Source: Chloropicon primus (taxonomy: Eukaryota). Taken from it: a stretch of DNA of 64,000 bases. Under the pieces are notes generated by a model, which made no database searches, was not told the origin of the DNA, and worked only from the letters and a program-made list of their open reading frames with translations. Each line of letters starts with the position of its first letter. Positions within the stretch are counted from its first letter, which is position 1. Both the position numbers and the translations under genes were made by a program. This document shows, piece by piece, positions 55,314-64,000 of this stretch. Where the stretch lies: the NCBI GenBank assembly GCA_023205875.1, contig CP060765.1:248001-312000 (forward strand), written 5' to 3'.

Positions 55314-56825
55314 TCAGTTGCTCACTTTGACCGTCGAAAGTATCTTCTCCAAAAGGATCGGCACCTGCGACTTGTCAAAGTAGATCTCCTCCTTGAGATA
55401 TTCTGGCAACTTGGAGTCCAACGTGCCGAAACTGACTGGGGTGTACCCAATGTCCGATGTGTCAGCGGTAGGATCTGAGAGCTTGGAGCAATCCAACTCG
55501 AAGGAGAACCCTGTTCGGGTGTGGGAGACCCTGTAGACCTCCTTCTTGTGGGAGTGCACGATCACCTCGAGGCCCGTTAAAAGAGGCACCAGGAAGAAAC
55601 TGTCGCTGCCCCCCGATCCACTCAGAGATGATTCTGATCTCAAGGTGGTGTTCTCTTCTTTGAGTTTGTTGACTTCGCTTTCGAGCTCACTCGTGAGTTG
55701 CTCCAACTGGGCTTTCTTGTTGCCCAAGTACACCAGCTTCTCGTGAGCCTCTTTCACGCTTTCCTCGACGGCTAGGTTCACCATGTCCGCTTGCTTGTAT
55801 GCTTCCTGCTTCCAGTGCTTTATCAGCTTGTCGCTCGCTTCTTGCTGCTTCAAAATGTTCTTGCTCTGCTCCTCCAGCATGGATTGCACGTGGGACATCC
55901 TCGAGGACTGGTGCGCCAAATGAGGTGCGCGAAGGGGAGAAAGAGAGAGAGAGAGAGAAAGTCAGCGACCGACTTCAAAACGGAACGACAAAAGAAACTG
56001 CCATCCAGCCTCCTTACCTTGAGCTCTTGGTACTTCATCTTCATCTCATTGTACTGCTCGAGCAAGTCCTTGAGGACAGACGACTCGCCCACGCTGCGGC
56101 TCAACTGCTCGACGATCGTGGTGTTCAGGCCGTCGCCTCCCTTCTTGGTGGGGAGGTCGCCCATGTCATACAAACCCTCCAACTTCTTTGAAGTTTTTGA
56201 GATCTTCTTCTTCGATACGTTGGTGCGGAACCTGCCCAAGTCGGGCGTGTCCATCTCAGAATCCGACATGGCGGCCGTCTCCTTTGGACTTTCTTCGTAC
56301 TCCACAGCAGCTGGAGTCTCCGGCTGCGCCTTCTTCGGAGGTCTTCCGACCTTCTTCTTCTTCTTTACCTCTTCCTTGTTCGCGGGCTCCCTCTTCTTCC
56401 TCTTCTGCGGTGGCTTCGCCGCCTTCTTGGGCTTCTCCGCACTGATCTTGAAGTCCTTGGGCCTCGATGGAGCGACCGCAAGGAGGGACTTGGCGGCTTG
56501 CACGACCTCCACCTTGGCCTCTTCCTTGGCTTTCTCGGCAACTTTTTTCGCCGCGGTGCTCTTTCTCTTCCTTGGCTTTCTGTTCTCCTTGGGCACCTCC
56601 TGGTGAACCGTCTGCGAGGAAGAAGACGAAGAAGAAGACGAGAAGCGTTTCAGTCAAAACAAATAGCTCAAAGTAAGACGGTTCTCTCGGGTTGGTCTGC
56701 GAAACCCAACTTACCGTGCTCTTCAACCAACTCGGAGTGTTCGAGCCATTACTCTCCAGAGCTTTCACGTTGTAGTTCACGGGCTTTCTCTGCCTCAAGG
56801 CCCTCGGGTTCTCCGTCGACGACAT
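55314..56825 (-). CDS. TITAN9/Csm1-like (monopolin) kinetochore protein; introns 56612-56714 and 55908-56017
   Basis: Basic N-terminus, coiled coil, then LLTGL...H..TGFSFEL...YTPVSFGT....LPEYLKEEIYF...Q.P RWD-like C-terminus; both introns canonical and in phase 0. Confidence 0.65.
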
Positions 56826-56919
56826 CGTGATGACGCCAACTCACGCGCGTGCTCTCCTCGCCCTCGTCGCCTTCCTCTCGCTCTCTCCAGGAGTCGAGTC
56901 ACCTTCTCTCTCCCGTTTC

Positions 56920-57165
56920 CCGTCCTCAAATCCTCAAAACCTCGACGAATCCTTCCACAAAGGAGTCAAACGAAAGATAAAGAAATGATCCTTCCGTCTG
57001 TTTGACTCTTATCCTTCTCTTTGTCTTCAAACGCCTCTACGTCGTCGCGAAGCTTCCCTCTTTCCTCCTCCGACAGATGCCCTCAACCTCTTTCGCGTCC
57101 TCAAATCCTCACCACTGCGCCGTTGTTTTCGAGCGAAGGCTCGTTCGAAAGAGAGAGAGACAAGA
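56920..57165 (-). promoter_or_regulatory. Two tandem upstream-element copies 175 bp apart (cores 56966-56977 degenerate, 57141-57152)
   Basis: tcctcaaatcctca at 56923 and 57098; minus strand tctttcgaacgagccttcgctcgaaaac...gtggtgaggatttgagg. Confidence 0.65.
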
Positions 57166-57378
57166 GATCCGCCTGTGCCTCTCTCCACCGTCCCAATGTC
57201 CTCCGTAGTACCTCAAAAGGCCTCGTCTTCGTCGCCGTCGTCGCCTCCCCTTCGCGCTCCTGTAGTTGACCGTTGTAGCTGTCAGTTTTGAAATTTTGAG
57301 GATTTTTGGAAATTTCTCAAAATAAAATTGAATTTCAAATGTGAAGTATCATAACGACTGTCGTACAATAGGGCAAAC

Positions 57379-57655
57379 CACCACCTAAGGTAAGGAGGAG
57401 GACCAAGGGAGGGCGACCAGAGCCAGGGAGGGACACGCCTTGGGGAGTCCGGGGTTTGTTCCATCGAACTGCCACTTTCTCTTGCCACTTTGAGGTTCTG
57501 GGTTATCTTTTCACGAGGCCAAAGGCTTGTCAGGCTCAAGGCCAAGGCCACCACCACCACCACCTAAGGAGGAGGACCAAGGGAGGGAGGGCGACCAGAG
57601 CCAGGGAGGGACACGCCTTGGGGAGTCCGGGGTTTGCTCCATCGGATTGCCCTTT
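57379..57655. repeat. Tandem duplication, 178 bp period, CpG-poor
   Basis: agccagggagggacacgccttggggagtccggggtttg at 57421 and 57599; ccaccacctaagg...ggaggaggaccaagggaggg precedes both. Confidence 0.9.
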
Positions 57656-57775
57656 GGTCTGCCTCGTCCAGTTTGCAGAGGAGAGGTCTTGGTGTCGAGG
57701 CAAAGGAGAGTCCTCCTGTAGGGCATTGAATTGATTGCATTGCATTGCATTGATTGAGGTGGGTGACCAATAACA

Positions 57776-57783
57776 ACACACAC

Positions 57784-57842
<59 letters not shown>
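57776..57842 (+). repeat. Compound (CA)n(GA)n microsatellite just upstream of ATG 57868
   Basis: Direct reading of sequence. Confidence 0.95.
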
Positions 57843-57867
57843 ACTTTGAGAGGACCACCCGAGCTCG

Positions 57868-59304
57868 ATGGTGCTGGAGACTTTGTTTTCCGACTTCAAA
57901 GTCAGCGCCCACGTGGACGAGAATGAAGCGAGCCCGAGCCCTGGACCGAGGTGGGCTCACACCTTCAGTGCCCTCCACGAGATAGGAGAGGCTTATCTTA
58001 TCGGTGGGGTGACGTCCGCAAAGGACTTGAGTGCATTAGACGAGTCGGTCTACTGCTTGAACTTGCGGACTCTCAAGTGGGAGGAAGTGGAGACAGAGAA
58101 GGGGACAGAGTGTGGGGTCTGCTCAAGGCGAGCCTTCCACACCACGACGCAGGTGAGCGACTACGAGCTCGTTGTCTTCGGGGGCTGGACAGGGATCAAG
58201 GAGCGGGACAATGCTGTGTACGTGTTCAATGCTCTGAAGAGGGAGTGGACGTTTCCGCAAATATCAGGGAGGACGAAGCCTGAGCCGAGGCAAGGGCACT
58301 CGGCAACCAAAATAAATGCCGCGGACATCGCGGTGTACGGCGGATGGAGCGGGGAAAGCTTCTGCGACTCGCTGTACATCCTTGACACTTGCGCCTGGTC
58401 TTGGACGAAGGTTGAGACCTTTGGGATCAGCCCGCAGCTCGCGGATCACACCTGCTACATGAAGGAGTGGTGGTTGCACTTCAGCGGAGGCTTTGGCGCG
58501 GACGGCGAGAACGCCATGACGCACTCTCTGGACCTGGTGACCAAGGAATGGAGCGAGCAGGCAGAAAGCGGGAGGACGGCTCTGCTTGACTTTTCTTTGG
58601 ACAGGATAGCCGAGGTAGGCCAAAGTGAGCTCAGGATAGGACCGTACTTGGTGAGGTTCGGGGGGTGCGACGTCAGCAGCGGCCTGTACGAGGACAGGAA
58701 CTACTCTAATGTCTTAGAAGCCAGGCAGATTCGTGGAGGCGAGGACGCCAAGATCCCGTCAAAGGCGACGCACCACAACCGAGCTTCGAGCTCGGACGTG
58801 AATTATGGGCCAGTCCAGGTGGACCTCATCTCCCCGAGGGCGTACCACTCGTGCACCCAGGCTTCAAAGTTCTGTGTCCTGGCGTATGGGGGGCGAGACA
58901 AGGCCCAAGCTTTTGGTGACTTGTGGATCATCATGCTCCCGGAGAAGATTGTTTTGGACCAGCAGGCGGGCAGCAAGACCGAGTCGAGGTCAGTTGAGCC
59001 CAACGAAGTCGTCCTGCATTCGAGAGTCCACCCGTCGCTGCTCCAAGGGACCGCCAGGGAGGAAAGGCTGATAGAGAGGCACGTGGCCAGGTCTCAAATC
59101 ACGGACCTGGTGTCTGACCTGAGGAACTCGGTGGCGGACAAGGACACGAACCTCAAGCTGGAGCGGATGAACCACAGAAATAAGATCGAGTGGCTCAAAG
59201 AACAAATCGAGAGCGTCCAGACCGACCTTCAAAAGCTTCACAGCTACAAGGAATCTCTTGACCAGGTTCAGCAGCTGGAATCGGGCGAAGGGAATGAGGA
59301 GTAA
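57868..59304 (+). CDS. Kelch-repeat beta-propeller protein with C-terminal coiled coil
   Basis: PGPRWAHT..YLIGG, RAFHT..VFGG, PRQGHS..VYGG, PRAYHS..AYGG repeats with spaced Trp. Confidence 0.88.
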   Translation: MVLETLFSDFKVSAHVDENEASPSPGPRWAHTFSALHEIGEAYLIGGVTSAKDLSALDESVYCLNLRTLKWEEVETEKGTECGVCSRRAFHTTTQVSDYELVVFGGWTGIKERDNAVYVFNALKREWTFPQISGRTKPEPRQGHSATKINAADIAVYGGWSGESFCDSLYILDTCAWSWTKVETFGISPQLADHTCYMKEWWLHFSGGFGADGENAMTHSLDLVTKEWSEQAESGRTALLDFSLDRIAEVGQSELRIGPYLVRFGGCDVSSGLYEDRNYSNVLEARQIRGGEDAKIPSKATHHNRASSSDVNYGPVQVDLISPRAYHSCTQASKFCVLAYGGRDKAQAFGDLWIIMLPEKIVLDQQAGSKTESRSVEPNEVVLHSRVHPSLLQGTAREERLIERHVARSQITDLVSDLRNSVADKDTNLKLERMNHRNKIEWLKEQIESVQTDLQKLHSYKESLDQVQQLESGEGNEE

Positions 59305-59396
59305 AACAAAACCGAAAGAAAAAATATTATATGATACAGAATGATACAATATTGATTTTTGTTTGCCAGGCTATCTTACACCTCCTCCTCCTTCCT

Positions 59397-61299
59397 TCAC
59401 AGCTTACTCAAAAGGACCATGGTAAAGAAGAAGAGGGGAATGTACAAGTTGTCCAGGTGAGGCGTGAAGGCTTCCAGGAGACACATCCCAACGCAAAGGG
59501 CGACAAAGGTTGGGGTGCTGCCGATTAGCTGGCCACCGACCATGCGATCCCAAGTCAGCGCAAAGGCCACTGTCCCGAGTATGGCGGCACAAGTGCCCTC
59601 CAGGGTCTTCTTGGATCCTCTGCAGATTGCGAGTCTCCCAAAGTTCTTGCCCACCAAGACGCCCAGAACATCGGCGATGCCGAGGGCAAGAATCCCAGAG
59701 GACAAGAGGAGCAAGTCTGCCTCCTCGGTCTGAGCACGATCGTCGGAAGAAGCTGCGCGTATGTTGAACCAGAACGGCACGGACAACCCCAGCAACAGAG
59801 AAAGGTGGGAGAGGATCAGAGTCCCTGAGTCCCTCGAGTCCGTGAACCTTCCGAAGAAGGAGGTCATCCGTTCCGAGATTGAACTTTCCTTGCATTGTAT
59901 TCTCACAAACTCGCACAGGACCAGGGCGCACAGCACGCTTGCACTGCAAAACCTCAGCAGTGGCACCGCCTGTCCCGCCCCTTCCGCCCCGCCAGACTGT
60001 GCGTGGGTGTGCACGGCCGAGGCAAACACGGCAAGAGCTGCCACATGAAACAGCTTGCGCACCACGATGTTCGCCACGTACCCCCCCGTCGCCACGAGGG
60101 CGATCGCGGGTATCGCGATGCACACCACGCAGAACCAAAACAGGAGGAGGCGTACGTTTGACTCCACGCCGAGCAGGAGCAGGTCTGCCGTGCGAAATGC
60201 CTCCACCAGGCCCAGCATGCCCACGACGTACTGAAGGGCGATCAGGAAGCATATCGCAGCTGCGGTCACGACGCTTCGAAGGTCTTGGTGGTGAGACCCC
60301 GATAGACGCATCACTAGCGCGATGAACATCACCGAAGCGAACAGCAGCTGCCCTTGAACGAGGACTTTCACCCCGCCAGCGCAAGGAGCGGCCGCGCTCG
60401 GTGGCTCCTGATCCTCGAAGAACCAAGGGAAGTGCCAACCCAATTCAAATGGTAGAATTCCGCCCAGGGGCGCCAGAACCCAAGTCACCAGGGTCCAGAA
60501 CCTCGGCGGGGTTCCGGAGCTCCTCGGGCTCGGGTGATCCCAAACGTCCCCGCCCGGGGGGACGAACCACCTCGAGTGCCAGTCCATGAGGCACCACAGG
60601 ACCACGCAGACGCAGCCGTTGGAGATTAGGAGGGCGTCCCCGCTCGCGACTTGAAACCTGCCCTTGGCAAGGAGTCCCAACTCGGAGCAAAAGTAAGCGA
60701 GGGGGATGCAGATGGTTGTGAACCAGGTGTAAGTCTCCTGGAGGTGGTGCAGGTGCCCCAGGGCCTGGGCAACGGATATGAGGCAGGCCGCCTGGATTCC
60801 CGCTGACGCTCCCAACGCTCGCGCATGCTTCCAGTTCGACGCGGCGACGCTCAGGGACACGAAGGTCCCCAGGAGCTCCGGCATCAGCCTCGACCCGTCC
60901 CTCTCCGCATTGGCCCTCGAGGCGCCCGCGAGAGTCGCGAGGGTGAACGTGCCGAGCAGGTGACCCTGCGGGGAGCCCTCCTCGGCATCTATCGCTCCCG
61001 CCAGCGCCGCCGCGCAACCCAGGGAGAGCGTGAGCGAGGTCACCGCGGAAACGTGGACCTGAAGCGAGACAGGGAAGGGGGAGGTGCGCACGCCACGTCA
61101 GTCGAGCTCCTTCGAGGAGCTGAGGAGGAACAAAATAAAAAACGAACGGGCTTCTCACCTCACTTGGTTCTCCGACGACGGCTACGCTCGCCGCTCCGTT
61201 ATAAAAGGAGTACAGGCAGTACGTGGCGTACAGCGTCCCGAGGGCGAGGACGACGCTCTCCCCCCCGGAGGACCTCAAGAACGGAAGGCACTCGCGCAT
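59397..61299 (-). CDS. Dolichol kinase; intron 61059-61158
   Basis: RKLFH, F.DSRDSG.LILSHL.LLLG..VP.W, GI.ALGIAD....VG...G......SKKTLEGT, LEAFT..LDNLYIPL motifs. Confidence 0.9.
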
Positions 61300-61349
61300 C
61301 CCTCCCGAGGGTATCCTCGCCTCTGCCTCTTCCAGTCCCCCAACCCTTT

Positions 61350-61420
61350 CGCGTCCTCAAATCCAAACCACGAAGCCAAATCTTTCGAGCGAGGGCTCTT
61401 TCGAAAGATCGAGAGACGCT
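61350..61420 (-). promoter_or_regulatory. Oriented upstream element copy (core 61397-61408), 5' of dolichol kinase
   Basis: Minus strand cgtctctcgatctttcgaaagagccctcgctcgaaagatttggcttcgtggtttggatttgagg. Confidence 0.72.
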
Positions 61421-61659
61421 TGGTCTCCCTTTTCAACTCACCCTACCTCCCCTCGACCTCCCTCGCCCCCACTCCCTCCTAACCTCCGCCCCCTTCACCA
61501 GCCAAAACGATCGACGATCGCGATCGCCAAAATCACGTGTGCCTGGAGATTCTCTGCCCACCAAGAGCTCTGACGAAGAGGGAAACGTCTTTGCGCCAGT
61601 TTTAGGGACGTAGGGGCGACGCGAGGGGCAAAAAGGCCGGGGTCTTTCGAAAGTACGCT

Positions 61660-61875
61660 TCGATACCTTTCGAACGAGCCCTCGTTCGACCGTTTTCGCG
61701 CCCGGAGTGGTCGAGAGAATCCGCGCGACGACGGGGATTGAAGGTGTGGTCAGGGAGGGGAGGAGGGTTATCTGGAGAGAGAGAGAGCGAGGGAGAGAAG
61801 GTGAGAGGGGGAGGGTTGGGTAGACGGAATCCTTGTCTCGTGATCTTTCGAAAGAGCCCTAGGTCGACCGCTTAG
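61660..61875 (+). promoter_or_regulatory. Two tandem upstream-element copies 178 bp apart (cores 61666-61677, 61844-61855), 5' of ABC gene
   Basis: cctttcgaacgagccctcgttcgaccg and gagggggagggttggg...gtctcgtgatctttcgaaagagccctaggtcgaccg. Confidence 0.7.
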
Positions 61876-61919
61876 GCGCACGACGTCGGGATTGGTTCGC
61901 TACGAGAGGCTCAGCCGGG

Positions 61920-64000
61920 ATGATGACGGTGAGGCAGCGAGGCGTTGGCTGCTCCGCGGGGTGGTCGGGGGCGAGGAGGGCGCCCGGTGGGTGGAGGCCC
62001 GGCGAGGGGAGCGGACCTTGGCGGAGGAGGGCGCGGATCCGGGTGAGGGCGAGGGCCCTGGGGGGGCTGAGGCTGTTCTCGGAGTGGTGGGAGGTGGGTT
62101 TGAGGACGGAGGACAGGAGGGAGGACGCGAGGAGGGAGAGGGGGGAGACGGAGCCCAGCACCAGCGGATCTGAGAAGGAGAAGGCCGTCACCCTCCTGGA
62201 GTTTGTGAGGATCATGTTCGACCTCCTAAAACCGTACAAGGCCATGTTCGCTTTTGGCCTGGTGACGCTGTTCCTGGCCGCCGGGGCGGAGCTCATGCTG
62301 CCGCACTACACGGCTAAGACGATCTTCAGCATACAAAAGGGGAACACGGAGCTCTTCTACCACTGCATCAAGTGTCTTCTGGGTCTGTCCGTGGCCTTCA
62401 GCGTCACTGCCAGCATGCGAGGGATGACTTTCGGCTTCCTGAACCAGAGGTTCGTGTACAAGCTGAGGACGAAGCTGTTCGAGAACCTCCTTAGGCAGGA
62501 CATCACGTTCCACGACCAGTCGGACGTCGGCGTGCTCACGAGCAGGCTGACGTCGGACTGCAGCTCCATGTCCCGCATTTTGGGGATGAACATCAACCTG
62601 CTCATTCGGAACGTCTTCAAAACGATTGGAGGGGCGGCTTACCTGTGGGTCATGAGCCCCAGGTTCTTCGCCCAGACCCTAGTGTCCCTGCTGGTGATCC
62701 TGCTCATCAATGTCAAGTACGGGATCTACTCGAGGAAGGCGGCCACCACGGAACAGGAGCAGCTGGCACTGGGAAACCAGATAGCGACAGAGGTGCTCAC
62801 GCTGATTCGGACGGTGAGAATTTTCGGCACCGAGCCCAGGGAGCAGAGCAAGTACGCGAGGTCCCTGGAGCATCTCATCAGGATTGGCGCGAGGCAGATC
62901 GTGGCCTATGGAATGTTTCTCACCTCGGCCACGTTTTTGGTGAATGCCACGGAGGCTCTGTGCTTGCTCTACGGGGGGTGGTGCTGCTTGAGGGGAGAGA
63001 TCACCGCGGAGCAGCTGACGAGCTTCCTGTTCTACATTGAATTCGTGGTGCAGTCGGCCTTGGCGTCGTCCGAGCAGGTGGCCAACATCAACACGGCCGT
63101 GGGGTCGAGTGAGAGGGTGCTGACCTTGTTGAGGAGGAAACCAGATCAGCATCTCGCCGCGGGTGAAGAGGTAGAGGAGGAGGACCGGGGCTCAAAGCAA
63201 GAGATGCGCCGCCTGGAGGACTTCAAAGGGAATTTGGAGTTCAAGGACGTGAGCTTCACTTATCCCAACCTGAATCTGGGTGGTGCGGGGGGCCTCGGCG
63301 CGCAACAGGAGGTTGAGAAGGAGGAAGAGCCAAAGATGACTTTGAGAAAGATTAACTTGTCCCTCAAGCCGGGAACTGTCACTGCCCTGGTGGGCCCGTC
63401 TGGAGGGGGGAAGTCCACGCTGGTGGCGTTGCTCCAGTCCCTGTACCAGCCAACCTCTGGCCAGATCCTCGCAGACGGTGTTCCGATTGAAACCATTGAC
63501 CCCGAGTGGTACCGCTCTCAAATCGGTTACGTGGAACAGGAGCCAAAGCTCTTTGATCTGCCGATCGGGGAGAACGTGGAGTACGGAGCGAGGGAGTGGA
63601 CGGAGGGGGAGATTGTGCCGATTGACAAGGTCGCGGTAGAGAACGCGGCGAGGGAGGCCAATGCCCTGGAATTCATAGAGGATCTTCCGGAATACCTTGA
63701 CACTTGGGTCGGCAACTCGACGCTTAGCGGGGGTCAGAGGCAGAGGATCGCACTGGCGAGGGCCTTGATTCGTTCGCCGAAGATTCTCATCCTCGATGAG
63801 GCGACATCGGCCCTGGACGCCGAGAGCGAGTTCCAAGTCCAGAGGGCCCTGAACAAGGTCTTCAACCAGAAGGACAAGAGCGTCTTGGTCATCGCTCACA
63901 AGCTGTCCACGGTGACCAGCGCCGACAACATCCTGGTCCTCAAGGACGGCGAGGTCGTCGAGCAGGGAACTCACTTGGAGCTCACGGCCGCGGACGGGGT
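61920..64000 (+). CDS. ABCB half-transporter (TAP/ABCB26-27-like), 3' end outside the window
   Basis: Open frame from ATG 61920 (absent from the ORF track because no stop is reached): TM domain, Walker A GPSGGGKST (63393), LSGGQRQRIALARAL, ILILDEATSALD, IAHKLST. Confidence 0.92.
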   Translation, partial: MMTVRQRGVGCSAGWSGARRAPGGWRPGEGSGPWRRRARIRVRARALGGLRLFSEWWEVGLRTEDRREDARRERGETEPSTSGSEKEKAVTLLEFVRIMFDLLKPYKAMFAFGLVTLFLAAGAELMLPHYTAKTIFSIQKGNTELFYHCIKCLLGLSVAFSVTASMRGMTFGFLNQRFVYKLRTKLFENLLRQDITFHDQSDVGVLTSRLTSDCSSMSRILGMNINLLIRNVFKTIGGAAYLWVMSPRFFAQTLVSLLVILLINVKYGIYSRKAATTEQEQLALGNQIATEVLTLIRTVRIFGTEPREQSKYARSLEHLIRIGARQIVAYGMFLTSATFLVNATEALCLLYGGWCCLRGEITAEQLTSFLFYIEFVVQSALASSEQVANINTAVGSSERVLTLLRRKPDQHLAAGEEVEEEDRGSKQEMRRLEDFKGNLEFKDVSFTYPNLNLGGAGGLGAQQEVEKEEEPKMTLRKINLSLKPGTVTALVGPSGGGKSTLVALLQSLYQPTSGQILADGVPIETIDPEWYRSQIGYVEQEPKLFDLPIGENVEYGAREWTEGEIVPIDKVAVENAAREANALEFIEDLPEYLDTWVGNSTLSGGQRQRIALARALIRSPKILILDEATSALDAESEFQVQRALNKVFNQKDKSVLVIAHKLSTVTSADNILVLKDGEVVEQGTHLELTAADG

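Noticed and set aside
59397..59410. C-terminal SKL (PTS1) on dolichol kinase
   Set aside because: Polytopic ER membrane enzyme; SKL directly follows a TM helix and is likely coincidental
1..64000. tRNA, rRNA, transposase or reverse transcriptase genes
   Set aside because: No cloverleaf with A/B boxes, rRNA-like tract or TE protein motifs recognised by eye; tRNAscan/Infernal would be needed to exclude small RNAs

Overview
Gene-dense, GC-rich, intron-poor eukaryotic nuclear DNA from a compact-genome green alga. This assignment is inferred from plastid-targeted PSRP3 and GDT1 proteins, a plant-type CDPK, LSD1, TITAN9, short GT-AG introns and TGTAA poly(A) signals; the style is compatible with a Chloropicon-like picoalga but is unconfirmed. 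I can support about 28 protein-coding genes: INSIG-like, multi-cNMP-binding, PSRP3, class I GATase, GAR-domain, SFI1-like, MADS-box, LARP1, GDT1, haspin, CHR, p31comet, HMG-box, CDPK, TMX-like thioredoxin, histidine phosphatase, M14 carboxypeptidase, coiled-coil, HD-like, UBP14, ASPM, LSD1, TITAN9/Csm1, kelch, dolichol kinase, ABCB, and two unknowns. The most striking unexplained signals are non-coding. (1) A strand-oriented ~50-110 bp element with a TCTTTC(C/G)AAAGA core lies 60-390 bp upstream of the start codon of at least 13 genes and points into the gene. (2) At least eight intergenic tandem duplications or tandem element pairs all have a 175-188 bp period, and both MADS introns are exactly 178 bp, suggesting nucleosome-quantised genome architecture. 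Also notable: a MADS start codon split by an intron, an ASPM IQ array with a 4-3-2-1 higher-order pattern, an AT-rich island with telomere-like repeats, CpG-depleted intergenic patches, and a bacterial-looking HD-like gene.
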